Origin: Candidatus Eiseniibacteriota bacterium
Lineage (GTDB): Bacteria; Eisenbacteria; RBG-16-71-46
Direction: 5' to 3'
Length of the DNA: 64,000 nucleotides
Assembly (NCBI GenBank): GCA_038231135.1
Contig: JBBRLX010000004.1
Coordinates: 96,001 to 160,000, forward strand
Shown here: piece by piece, positions 39,745 through 49,283 of the stretch
How the letters are laid out: each line of letters begins with the position of its first letter
Numbering within the stretch: the stretch's first letter is position 1
Notes under the pieces: generated by a model
Told to the model about the DNA's origin: nothing
What the model saw: the letters and a program-made list of their open reading frames with translations, nothing else
Database searches by the model: none
Made by a program: the position numbers and the translations under genes

Positions 39745-40173
39745 ATGAAACGCGGGACGGCTGCGGGATTCGCGGCCGTGCTGACGTGCTCCACGCTGCT
39801 TACGGCCGCATGCGCTTGCGCGCAGGCGGCCGAGCCGTTTCCGGAGGTGCCGCTGCCGCCACCGGCGGTCCGCCCGCACCGCTGGGCGTACGCGTCGATG
39901 GTCGCCGGCGCCGGGCTGGTCGCGGGCTCGTTCGCGTTCGAACGCCGCGCCGACGAAGCGTACGCCCGGTACCTGGCGTCGACCGACCCCGCCCGGATCG
40001 AAGACGAGTTCCGCCGCGCCCGCCACAACGACCAACTGTCCTCGGCGGCGCTGTTCGGCGGCGAGGCGCTGGTCGCGTTCGGCCTCTACCTGCGATTCCT
40101 GCGGCATCCGGCCTCGGACCGGCTGTCGCTCGAATGGCGCGGGGATCGATGCGCGCTCTCGCTGCGATACTGA
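39745..40173 (+). CDS. Hypothetical exported/membrane protein
   Basis: Signal-like N-terminus and two hydrophobic helices around 'ADEAYARY'; GAGGA RBS. Confidence 0.6.
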   Translation: MKRGTAAGFAAVLTCSTLLTAACACAQAAEPFPEVPLPPPAVRPHRWAYASMVAGAGLVAGSFAFERRADEAYARYLASTDPARIEDEFRRARHNDQLSSAALFGGEALVAFGLYLRFLRHPASDRLSLEWRGDRCALSLRY

Positions 40174-41528
40174 CGCTGGCGCTGCTCGCCGGCGGGTGCA
40201 GCGGGCGGGACCGGGCGAACCCGCTCGATCCGGCGAATCCCTCGACCCACGGGCGGCCGAGCCACTTCGTGGCGCTCGCCGGCAATTCCACGGTGACCCT
40301 GACCTGGGACGTCGTCGCCGTCCCGGGCCTCCTCGGGTACCGCCTCGAGCGGCGCGTCGCGGGCGACACGGATTTCACGGTGCTGGTGGCGCTGCTGCCG
40401 GCCACCACGGGCGCCTACTTCGACTTCGGTCTGCTCAACGGCGCGCGGCACGACTACCGGCTGTCGTTCGTGTTCGATACCGGTCCATCGGGCGGGTTCG
40501 CGACGGACTTCGCGATTCCGGGTCCGTTGCGCCCGTGGGTGACCGTGCTCGGCACGTCCGAGCTGCTGCGCATCACCGCCGACGGCCGCCGGGTGATCTA
40601 CGACGACCCGCTGTTCGGCAGCCCGTCCGCGGTCGCCGTGGATCCGGCGCAGGGCGTGGTGTGGGTGTCGGACGGGATCGAGGGCACGGTGGTCCGATTC
40701 AATCCCGGCAACGGCAGCCGGCTCGTGATCCCGCGCGGAGCGACACCGGGGGCGATCGCCGTCGACCCGGTGCGCCACACGGCGTGGGTGTGCGACGAGC
40801 GCGGGGCCCAGATCGTGCAGATCCAGCTCGACGGCAGCCCCGGCTCGCCGCCGGCGATCGGGCCGCTCGAGCTGCCGCTCGACGTGGCCATCGACGGCCA
40901 GGACGGCTCGGTGTGGGTGTGCGACAACCGCGCGGGCAAGCTGCTCCAGTTCGGCGCCTCCGGCGCGTCACGGTTCGAGCGCAACGTGCCGCAACCGTCA
41001 CGAGTGGCGATCGACTCCCTGACCCGCGATGCCTGGGTCACATCGTTCGGGGCCGGCACGCTGGTGCGCGTGGCGTTCAACGGCACCGTGCTCGACACCG
41101 TGACCGGCCTCGCCGGACCGATCGGCGTCGCGGTCGACGCACGCCGCGGCCGGGTGTGGGTGGCCGACGCGCGCGCGAACGCGCTGGTCGCGTTCCACCG
41201 CGACGGCACGGTCGAGCGCCGGATCGGAGGACTGAGCGAGGTGCACGAGGTCCGCGTCGACATCGCGACCGGAAACGTGTGGGCCACCGTGCCGGGCGAT
41301 GGCCGCGTGGTCCAGGTGTCCCCCGCCGGCGTGATCCTGTCGCAGGTCTCGGGCCTGGCGCAGCCGTGGGCGATCGCGCTGGACCCGGGCTCGGAGCTTG
41401 CGTTCGGCGCTCCGCGCCGTGCCGGCGCGGAGGGCGGGCAGGCCGTTCACCACCCGAGCCTCCGCTATGGCAGCACGACCACCTTGCGGACGGCCGCACC
41501 CGCGCCCGCCACGAGCCGCACCCAGTAG
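40149..41528 (+). CDS. Lipoprotein with FN3-like domain and NHL/beta-propeller repeats
   Basis: Lipobox LAGG-C, NPLDP, VTLTW..GYRLER; repeated 'P..VAVD....VWV.D'. Confidence 0.75.
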   Translation: MRALAAILTLALLAGGCSGRDRANPLDPANPSTHGRPSHFVALAGNSTVTLTWDVVAVPGLLGYRLERRVAGDTDFTVLVALLPATTGAYFDFGLLNGARHDYRLSFVFDTGPSGGFATDFAIPGPLRPWVTVLGTSELLRITADGRRVIYDDPLFGSPSAVAVDPAQGVVWVSDGIEGTVVRFNPGNGSRLVIPRGATPGAIAVDPVRHTAWVCDERGAQIVQIQLDGSPGSPPAIGPLELPLDVAIDGQDGSVWVCDNRAGKLLQFGASGASRFERNVPQPSRVAIDSLTRDAWVTSFGAGTLVRVAFNGTVLDTVTGLAGPIGVAVDARRGRVWVADARANALVAFHRDGTVERRIGGLSEVHEVRVDIATGNVWATVPGDGRVVQVSPAGVILSQVSGLAQPWAIALDPGSELAFGAPRRAGAEGGQAVHHPSLRYGSTTTLRTAAPAPATSRTQ

Positions 41529-43831
41529 ATCCCCGGCTCGAGGCGGTGGCCGAAGTCGAGGCTCGTCGTGTGCCTGCCGGCCTCGAGCGACCCGAGCGGC
41601 GCCCGCCACCGCCGGCGGCCGGCGAGATCGACCAGCTCGAGCGCCGCCGGCACCGGTCCGGCGACCGAGAATTCCACCGTGAGCTGGCCCCGGCAGGGAT
41701 TCGGCCGCAGCGCGTCGAGCCGCGCCATCGCCACGGGCAGCGTGCGCGGATCGTCCGCCAGCGCGTGCTGGGCCATCACCACGTCGGGGTCGCCGTCGCG
41801 GCCGTCCGCCCAGGCCACCGTCACGTTTGCCGCATCCGCGAACAGGGAAATGTAGTCGCCCTGATTCGGCGCCACGAGGCTGGCCACGTCGGACCAGCTG
41901 GTCTGCTCGTCGCTGACCGGAACCCCGGGCAGCCACGACGCGCCGCCGGTCTCCGAGCGGGCGAGGTACACGTTCGACCAGCCGCCGCACGTCACGTCGG
42001 TCCGGTCGCGCCAGTCGTACCAGGCGGCGTACACGCGGCCATCGGCGGCCACCGCCACCTCGGGCAGCCAGTCGTCGAACCAGCCGGGGTCGTCGTTCAC
42101 GCGCACCGGCGTCCCCCACCCCTGGTGGGGATCGCGCGCCGCCACGAACACGTCGCGCTGATCGCGTGCGCGGCCCGCGCCATTCGTGACCCGGCCGGTG
42201 CGCAACCGATAGCCGCCCTGGGTCGACCCGACCGAGGCGAGCCGCACGTAGTAGATGTCGGAACGCGGCAGCGTGAGCACCGTCACGCGGGGCCGGCCGG
42301 CCCACACCGGTGAACTGAACGCCAGCCGGGTCTCGCCATCGGAGCACAGGATGCGCAGGGTGGCGTTGAGGTTGGTGGCGAGCGAATCGAGGTACAGCAG
42401 CACGGTCTCCCCGCGCGTGCCGAAGAACCGGAACATGTCGACGTCGTCGCCGGCGTCGATCGCGCCGCGCAGCGTCTCGCCCGGATTGAACGGGGTGGCG
42501 GACGGCGGCAGCGCGTTCGGTTCGCGTTCGAATCGCGGATTGCTGTCGCCCGGGGCGGAATGCAGGAAGTCCAGCGATTCGTTCCACGTCACATAGGCCC
42601 GGCCGCGATACGGCCCCGTGCTGCGATCCACCGCGATGCCCGGGAACACCAGGCCGTAGCCGCGGTTGAATCCCGGACCGCCGCTCGTGAAATTCGAGAA
42701 CAGGCTCGCGGCGTTCTCCTCGCTCGCGAACGACCTCCCGCCGTCGTGCGAGTCGCGGAACCGGATCCAGTCGTGCCCGCCCGACGCCTCGGTCGTATCG
42801 ACCGCGTTCCACGCCACGCACACCTCGCCGTCCGGTCCCACGGCCGGGCGCGAGCCCTGGACCAGCCCGAGGTCGGTGCGCGACGACAGCACCCGCGGCG
42901 GCTCCCAGCTCCGGCCGCCGTCGAGCGAGCGCTGGAACTCGATCTGATCCACCTGGGTGCGGCCGATCGAGAAGAACGTCGTGTAGGTCATGTACATGCG
43001 CCCGGTGGCGGAGTCGGCGACCGCCCACGGCTTGTCGGGCAGCGTGTCGCGCACCGCCCGCGCCACGACCGGCGCCGTCCACGTGAAGCCGGTCCCCGTG
43101 CTGTCGAAGCGTCCCGACAGCACACCGATCGCGCTCTGCGCATGCGGCGTGATCGCCATCGCGACGAGATGGAACGTGCCGGTGTGCGCATCGATCGTCA
43201 CCACCGGGTCGCTCACCCAGTGCTGCACCGCGGAGTTCACGGGCAGCGAGCCCGCGTCGGTCCAGGTGTTGCCGCCGTCCGCCGACCAGCCCCAGCCGAT
43301 GGGTCCGTCGCCTGCATCCTCGGCGTCGTTCCAGCCGGCGACCATGCGGCTGCCGAGCACCGCGAGCGACACCTCGGCCTGCGTGGAGCCGGGCAGCTGG
43401 TCGGTTCTGGGATCGTTCATCCGGTGATTCACCGGCGCGTCCATCCGCGCCAGCGCATGCGCGCGGGCCCTGGACCGCGCCGCGCCCTGCGGTCCGCCGG
43501 CTTCCAGAATATCGGGTGGCCGGTCCTGCCGCTCGCCGCGCGTTCCGGCGCCGCGGCTCACGGCCCCGGCGGCCGGGCCTGAGTTCCGTGCATGGCGGGG
43601 ACGGCGGGTGCGCTCGCGCGCCAGCTCCGCGCGCTCCGCGCGGGCGCCGGCGTGAATCTCCTCGTATTCGAGGCGCTTGAGCTCGCGGCGGAATTCCACG
43701 GCCGCCGTCGACTCCGTGGCGGCGCCTGCCGTGCGCGCGACCGGCAGCGCCGCGGCCGCCCCGAGCAGCGCCGCCAGCGCGAGGCACGCCCGCCGTGCCT
43801 CAGGACTCGCGCGCCTGCTGCCACATCGCAT
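41465..43831 (-). CDS. Secreted BNR/Asp-box (sialidase-like) protein with PPC domain and T9SS-like C-terminal domain; start uncertain (43831-43873)
   Basis: SADGGNTW, SLDGGRSW, SHDGGRSF, SETGGASW; DKPW; EPN...A..GDDVDMF; QGDY; C-terminal PNP..DLAGR..PGIYWVRL. Confidence 0.78.
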   Translation of the reverse strand: MRCGSRRASPEARRACLALAALLGAAAALPVARTAGAATESTAAVEFRRELKRLEYEEIHAGARAERAELARERTRRPRHARNSGPAAGAVSRGAGTRGERQDRPPDILEAGGPQGAARSRARAHALARMDAPVNHRMNDPRTDQLPGSTQAEVSLAVLGSRMVAGWNDAEDAGDGPIGWGWSADGGNTWTDAGSLPVNSAVQHWVSDPVVTIDAHTGTFHLVAMAITPHAQSAIGVLSGRFDSTGTGFTWTAPVVARAVRDTLPDKPWAVADSATGRMYMTYTTFFSIGRTQVDQIEFQRSLDGGRSWEPPRVLSSRTDLGLVQGSRPAVGPDGEVCVAWNAVDTTEASGGHDWIRFRDSHDGGRSFASEENAASLFSNFTSGGPGFNRGYGLVFPGIAVDRSTGPYRGRAYVTWNESLDFLHSAPGDSNPRFEREPNALPPSATPFNPGETLRGAIDAGDDVDMFRFFGTRGETVLLYLDSLATNLNATLRILCSDGETRLAFSSPVWAGRPRVTVLTLPRSDIYYVRLASVGSTQGGYRLRTGRVTNGAGRARDQRDVFVAARDPHQGWGTPVRVNDDPGWFDDWLPEVAVAADGRVYAAWYDWRDRTDVTCGGWSNVYLARSETGGASWLPGVPVSDEQTSWSDVASLVAPNQGDYISLFADAANVTVAWADGRDGDPDVVMAQHALADDPRTLPVAMARLDALRPNPCRGQLTVEFSVAGPVPAALELVDLAGRRRWRAPLGSLEAGRHTTSLDFGHRLEPGIYWVRLVAGAGAAVRKVVVLP

Positions 43832-43876
43832 CGACTGCCTCCTCCCCAGCATCCTGCCCAGGGTCACCCTCACCGG

Positions 43877-46663
43877 TCAGAAATTGAATCCGATGCTGAA
43901 CTGCCGGCGCGACTGCGCCGGATAGTTCCGGAAGTCCGTCGTCGGCCAGCTGAAGTTCCAGCGGATCGCCGGATAGTACCCGCCACCGATGTAGATGCCG
44001 GCGCCGATGCTGCCGGCGTGGTCCTCGATGCCCTGGTCCCACACCCACGCGGCATCCGCGTACACCGCGCCGCCGATCATCGGCAGCTGCCACGGCGAGG
44101 GCACCGCGAGCGTCAGCCCGCGCACCAGCGGAAACCGGATCTCCTCCTGCGCCAGCACCGTGTGGCGGCCGAAGAAGCTGTGCCGATCATACCCGCGCAA
44201 CGAATACGGGCCACCGAGAAAGAAGAACTGCGCATCGCGTCCGGCACTCGACTGACCCTGAACTCGAAGCGCCGAGACGATATGCGGCAGCGGCATCATG
44301 TAGGTTCGCGCCTCGGCCAGCAGCGTGGTGAAATCGCCGGTGCCGCCCGACAGGTCGCGCGTGAAGCCGCCCGACAGATACAGGCGCGAACCGCCGCTCG
44401 GACCCATCCACGTCCAGCGTGCGTTGTCGTGGATGTACGACACGAAGTGCGACGCGAGATCCACGTCGCGGATGTCGCCGTTGCGCAGCAGGTGGTCCTT
44501 CGCGTGGCGCACGAGGATCGTGCTCTCAACCCGGTTGAACTTGTCGAACGGGTAGATAAGCACGCCCTCGCCGCCGACCCGCGGTTCGCGCCGGACCTGG
44601 TCGAGGTTCTCGTCGTAGAGCTCCGTCAGCCGGAAGCCCCCGAGACCCCAGTTGAGCCGGCGGGCGCGATTGATGTACGTCAGCCCGCCCTCGAAGCCGT
44701 CCCAGAAATCGCCGAACCGCTCGGAGTCGTTACCGAGGTAGATGTACACCTCCTCGTTGCCGAGCACGTCGCTCAGCGCGACCTGGCCGCCGGGATCCGC
44801 GCCGCCCAGCGCGGGGTCGTACGCGATCGCGCTCTGCACGAGGTCGAAGCCGAGCCGGCGCTCATAGCGCGCGGTGGGGCCCGGGTAGCTCGTGGTGGGA
44901 AGCACCGGGACGCGCACCGACGGATGCTCCTGCTCCACGGCCAGCGATTCCGGTTTCACGACGATGCGGTAGGTCTGGAACGTCACCTCGTTCTCGGCGG
45001 TGAACAACAGCCCCGAGCCGTCCGCGAGCCAGTCGGGATCCGACGCCGGTCCGAGCAGCCGCGTGATCCGCCGCGCCTCGAACCCGGGCCCGAACGGCCG
45101 CAGCCACAGATCGCTGGTACCGCCGCGCGTCGAGCGATAGGCGATCCAGCGGCCGTCGGGCGACACGGCGGGCTGCCGGTCGTCGCCCGAATCGGGGTGG
45201 CTGACCTCCTCGGGCGCCCCGCCGTCGAGCGACAGCCGGAACAGCGAATACCGCCCGGCGCGGTCGCCGCGATCGGACGCGAACACCACCCAGCGTCCGT
45301 CGGCGCTCACGTCGGGCTCGATGTCGTCGTAGTCGTCGCGCGTGAGCCGGTCGAGCCGCAGCGTGCCGGTGCCCCACCGCGCCCGGTAGAGATCGCTGCG
45401 GCCACCGAAGTCCTGCGCCGAGAACACCGCGGCGGTATCGCCCGGCACCAGCGCCGGATCGTGGAACGCCACGAGACCCGGGAACTGGAACGTGTGCACC
45501 ACGCGTTCCCGCGCGGGATCGACGATCAGCAGCGCGTCACGGCTCCCCTGCTTCGACGACAGCGCGATCATCCCCGTCGCCGAAGCGTCGGGCCGGTTCA
45601 GGAACAGGTGGAACGATTCGAACGACGGCGACTGACCGGCGCGGAGGACGCGCGTGTCGTGGCGCCGGCCGTCCCGGCCGGTCGCGCTCACGATCAGGTC
45701 GGTACCACCCTCGGTGGCCGAGAAGTAGCAGAACCGCACCAGCGAGTCGGTCGAGCCCGCGGACGGCAGCACGCGCGGCCCCAGATTGTAGGGGCCGTGA
45801 TGCGTGAGGCGCGTGGCGACGTCCGCGGGGGCGGTGGCAGTCGCGACCACCGGATAGTAGCGGCGGCGCTGCGCGGCGAACCATTCGTCGTCCATCTGCT
45901 GCAGCGTCACGCCATAGGTGATGCGGAATGTGGTCTCGAAGTCCTCGGCCCGGTACCAGTTGTCCATCAGGTCGAAGATCTTGGCGTCGCCGAACCGGTC
46001 GGCGATCCACAACAGAAATGACTGGCCCTCCTTGTACATGAGCACGCTGCCCGCGATCGCGTCGCTGCGCGTGAGCGGCAGCGCCTCGCCCGACAGCACG
46101 GCGTCGCGCAGCAGGCCCTCCGCGTCGGCATCCCAGTGCGTGCCGCAGTACTCCGCCAGCCCTTCGACGAACCACAGCGGGGGCATGTAGTTCTGCGTGC
46201 GGTGGTGCTCGCGCATCACGCGCGACAGCTTCTCCAGCATGTACGCGTGCGTGAGCTCGTGCCGCGTCACCCAGCGCAGCCGGTACCACGACCCGGTGTG
46301 CGGCAGCAGCACGCGGCCCTTGATGAGCTCGGTGAGGCCGCCCGTGCCCTCGGAGATCAGGCCGGGTGTGGCGTTGCTCTGCTGGAACAGCGCCGGGGCC
46401 GAATACAGCAGGAACGGGATCCGGCGACGGGGCTCCATGCGAAACCGCCCGTCGTACTCGTCGCACACGCTGTCGGCGAACACGATCAGGTGGCGGGCGA
46501 GGCTCTCCTCCTGGGCGTGGTAGTGCAGCCGCAGGTGGCGGGTCTGGAGCACGGACCAGTCCAGCGGCGCGTACTGAACCTTGTTCTGGCCGAACCCCTG
46601 CGCCACGGCCGCTCCGGGCGGCGACAGCACGGCGAGCGCGAGCGTGCCGAGCGTTCCGAGCAC
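43877..46663 (-). CDS. Omp85/BamA-superfamily protein with N-terminal zinc metallopeptidase and PD40/TolB-like propeller
   Basis: FGQNKVQY; HELTH and PLWFVEGLAEY gluzincin motifs; PD40 repeats (P.VS.DGRW..F.S.R); LGG..SLRGY lid motif; terminal IGFNF beta-signal. Confidence 0.85.
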   Translation of the reverse strand: MLGTLGTLALAVLSPPGAAVAQGFGQNKVQYAPLDWSVLQTRHLRLHYHAQEESLARHLIVFADSVCDEYDGRFRMEPRRRIPFLLYSAPALFQQSNATPGLISEGTGGLTELIKGRVLLPHTGSWYRLRWVTRHELTHAYMLEKLSRVMREHHRTQNYMPPLWFVEGLAEYCGTHWDADAEGLLRDAVLSGEALPLTRSDAIAGSVLMYKEGQSFLLWIADRFGDAKIFDLMDNWYRAEDFETTFRITYGVTLQQMDDEWFAAQRRRYYPVVATATAPADVATRLTHHGPYNLGPRVLPSAGSTDSLVRFCYFSATEGGTDLIVSATGRDGRRHDTRVLRAGQSPSFESFHLFLNRPDASATGMIALSSKQGSRDALLIVDPARERVVHTFQFPGLVAFHDPALVPGDTAAVFSAQDFGGRSDLYRARWGTGTLRLDRLTRDDYDDIEPDVSADGRWVVFASDRGDRAGRYSLFRLSLDGGAPEEVSHPDSGDDRQPAVSPDGRWIAYRSTRGGTSDLWLRPFGPGFEARRITRLLGPASDPDWLADGSGLLFTAENEVTFQTYRIVVKPESLAVEQEHPSVRVPVLPTTSYPGPTARYERRLGFDLVQSAIAYDPALGGADPGGQVALSDVLGNEEVYIYLGNDSERFGDFWDGFEGGLTYINRARRLNWGLGGFRLTELYDENLDQVRREPRVGGEGVLIYPFDKFNRVESTILVRHAKDHLLRNGDIRDVDLASHFVSYIHDNARWTWMGPSGGSRLYLSGGFTRDLSGGTGDFTTLLAEARTYMMPLPHIVSALRVQGQSSAGRDAQFFFLGGPYSLRGYDRHSFFGRHTVLAQEEIRFPLVRGLTLAVPSPWQLPMIGGAVYADAAWVWDQGIEDHAGSIGAGIYIGGGYYPAIRWNFSWPTTDFRNYPAQSRRQFSIGFNF

Positions 46664-46767
46664 GAACAGGATCGGGCGAAACGACGGACGGGTTCTGCGG
46701 ATGACGACTCCTCGGGGGCCTTAGCAGTGCGGTGGCCGGTTCCGATCCTCCAGGCACGGAGGAACTC

Positions 46768-47542
46768 CTAAATGTGGCTCCCGGTCACGACATCCTCCAA
46801 ATGATAGATCCCCGGCGCCGCGCGCGCCACGAACCTCACCGCCGCCAGCACCCCGTGGGCGAACGCGGAGCGGTCCTGCGCCACGTGGCGCAACTCGAGC
46901 CACTCGCCCTCGCCGGCGATCAGCACCGTGTGGTCGCCCACCCAGGTGCCGCCGCGCACGGCATGCAGGCCCAGCTCGTGATCGGTGCGCGCCCCCGTAT
47001 GGCCGGCCCGCCCATGGCGGAACGCGTCGTCGGTCCAGCCGCGCAGGCCCGTGACGTCGCGCGCCAGCGCCAGCGCCGTGCCCGACGGGGCGTCGGCCTT
47101 GCCGCGATGATGCCGCTCCACGATCTCGACGTCCCAGCCCGGGGGCAGCGACGCCAGCGCCGCCCGGACCGCGCGGCGCAGCGCGAGCACGCCGAGGCTG
47201 AAATTCGCCGACCGCAGCACCGCCCGCCGCTCCGCGAGCCGGGCGAGCGCGGCCTCGTGCGATTCGCCGAGGCCGGTGGTGCCGGTCACCAGCGCGGCGC
47301 CGCTGTCCTCGCACAGCCGGCACGCGGCGAGCGTGCCCTCGGGCGAGCTGAAGTCCACGACCACGTCGCCGGGCCCCGCGGGCTGGGGACGCCGCGCCGC
47401 CGGACGCGGGCCCTCCCGCCGCGGCGGGCACGGCGGCGCGGTCGATCCGGGCCTTGATTCGCACGTCGGCGGCGTCCGCCGCCGCGCGATCGACCGCCAC
47501 CCCCATGCGGCCGTTGGCGCCCAACAGGATCAGCGCAATCAT
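46768..47542 (-). pseudogene. dapB: 4-hydroxy-tetrahydrodipicolinate reductase, split by a frameshift (real or assembly error)
   Basis: N-terminal LGANGRMG is in the frame of 47542, while VVDFS, GTTG, NFSLG, EIVERHHRGKADAPSGTA and RGG..VGDH are in the frame of 47364. Confidence 0.85.
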
Positions 47543-47552
47543 GCCGCGCGGC

Positions 47553-48446
47553 TCACCGGCGCGCGGGCGCGGGCGCGCCGATCTTGATGCCCGCCGCCTT
47601 CGCCGCGGCGAGGATCGCCTCCGCCGTCGCCGGCTCCACGGGCACCAGCGGCAGGCGCAGCTCGTTCGCGATCACCTGCATCGCCGACAGCAGGTACTTG
47701 GCGGGCCCGGGATTCGACTCGAGGAACAGCGCCTTGAACAGCGGCTGCAGCAGGCGGTGCACCGCCGCCGCCTCGGTGATCCGCCCGGCGCGGGCGTGAT
47801 CGGTGAGCGTGCGCATCTCGCGCGGCGCCACGTTGCCGGCCACCGAGATCACGCCCTTCGCGCCGACCGCGATCATCGGCAGCGTGAGCGAATCGTCGCC
47901 GCACAGCAGCGTGAGGCGCGGATTCGCGGCGATCAGGCTGGCCTGGTCGAGGCTGCCCGACGCCTCCTTGACCGCGACGATGTTCGGCATGTCCGCGACG
48001 CGGTCGAACGTGTCGGGCAGCGTGTTCGTGGCGGTGCGGCCGGGCACGTTGTAGAGCACGAGCGGCAGCCGGGTGCTCGCCGCCACCGCCTTGAAGTGCG
48101 CGATCTGCCCCTTCGGCGTCGGCTTGTTGTAGTAGGGCGTCACCACCATCGCGCCGTCCATCCCCAGATCCTCGGCCATGTGCGTCAGCGTGATGCTGTC
48201 GGCGGTGGCGTTCGTGCCGGTGCCCGCGATCACCGGGATCCGCCGCTTCACCTGGTCACGGACGAACGCCCACAGCGTGCGGCGCTCCTCGACCGTGCAG
48301 GTCGCGGCCTCGCCGGTCGACCCCGACACGACGAGCCCCTCGACGCCGCCCTCGATCATGAACTCGACGAGCTGTGCGGTGTCATCCAGATCGAGTGCGC
48401 CGTTCCTGAACGGCGTCACCATCGCCACGGTCAGTCCTTCGAACAT
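47553..48446 (-). CDS. dapA: 4-hydroxy-tetrahydrodipicolinate synthase
   Basis: AMVTPF, GSTGE, VTPYYNKP, LYNVPGRT, KEASG, GDD, NPGP.K, LRLPL. Confidence 0.96.
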   Translation of the reverse strand: MFEGLTVAMVTPFRNGALDLDDTAQLVEFMIEGGVEGLVVSGSTGEAATCTVEERRTLWAFVRDQVKRRIPVIAGTGTNATADSITLTHMAEDLGMDGAMVVTPYYNKPTPKGQIAHFKAVAASTRLPLVLYNVPGRTATNTLPDTFDRVADMPNIVAVKEASGSLDQASLIAANPRLTLLCGDDSLTLPMIAVGAKGVISVAGNVAPREMRTLTDHARAGRITEAAAVHRLLQPLFKALFLESNPGPAKYLLSAMQVIANELRLPLVPVEPATAEAILAAAKAAGIKIGAPAPARR

Positions 48447-49279
48447 GATGGCTCCTCCCCTGCGGCGCCAGGATTCCAGCAGCCGGTGAATGCGATTTCC
48501 GCGGGCCCTGCCAGACTCACGTCCCAGCCGTCGGCCATGGTCTCGAACGAAACCTCCAGCTCGTCTCCGCCTGCCGTGATCACGCGTACCGGCGACTCGT
48601 GGCCGCCGGCGGCGGCCCACAGCGCCGACGCGATGGCGCCGCTGCCGCACGCCAGCGTCTCACCCTCCACCCCGCGTTCCCAGGTGCGCATCGCGATCGC
48701 GGGTCCGTCCACCGACGACACGAAGTCCACGTTCGCACCCTCCGGACCGAGCCCGGGATGGCTGCGCAAGCCCGGCGCCCAGTGCGCGAGCGGCACGTCC
48801 GCGACGCGCTCGACCGCGGTGACGAAGTGCGGCACCCCGGCCTGGATCACGCGGCCTTCGAACGCGCGGCCGCCGACCGTGAGTGACACCGGGCCGGCCG
48901 GGCGGTCGACCACGCCGAAGTGGACCTCGACCAGGCCATCGTCCCGGCGATGGGCATCCTGGACGCCGGCCGCGCTGCGGAATCGCACGGTGCCGGCGTG
49001 GCCAAGGCCCAGATCCAGCGCAAGCCGCGCCACGCAGCGGGCGCCGTTGCCGCAATAGTCCGCCGCGCCGCCGTCCGAGTTGAAGTAGCTCATCGCGAAA
49101 TCCAGCTCCGGATCGGGCTCGATCAGCAGCACGCCGTCCGCCCCCACGCCGCGCCTGCGGTCGCACAACCGCGCCACGGTCTCGCGCCGGGCGGCGCCCT
49201 CGGGCAGGCGGCGTTCACGGTGGTCGATCACGACGAAATCGTTCGCCGCTCCGTGCATCTTCCAGAACGGAATCGGCAT
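48431..49279 (-). CDS. dapF: Diaminopimelate epimerase
   Basis: KMHGAANDF, GVGADG, CGNGARC, GVPH, NVDF, RTWERGVEGETLACGSG. Confidence 0.95.
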   Translation of the reverse strand: MPIPFWKMHGAANDFVVIDHRERRLPEGAARRETVARLCDRRRGVGADGVLLIEPDPELDFAMSYFNSDGGAADYCGNGARCVARLALDLGLGHAGTVRFRSAAGVQDAHRRDDGLVEVHFGVVDRPAGPVSLTVGGRAFEGRVIQAGVPHFVTAVERVADVPLAHWAPGLRSHPGLGPEGANVDFVSSVDGPAIAMRTWERGVEGETLACGSGAIASALWAAAGGHESPVRVITAGGDELEVSFETMADGWDVSLAGPAEIAFTGCWNPGAAGEEPSCSKD

Positions 49280-49283
49280 CACG

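Noticed and set aside
41465..41528. 64-bp overlap of convergent genes
   Set aside because: 3' overlaps are common in GC-rich genomes and the lipoprotein tail looks unconstrained.
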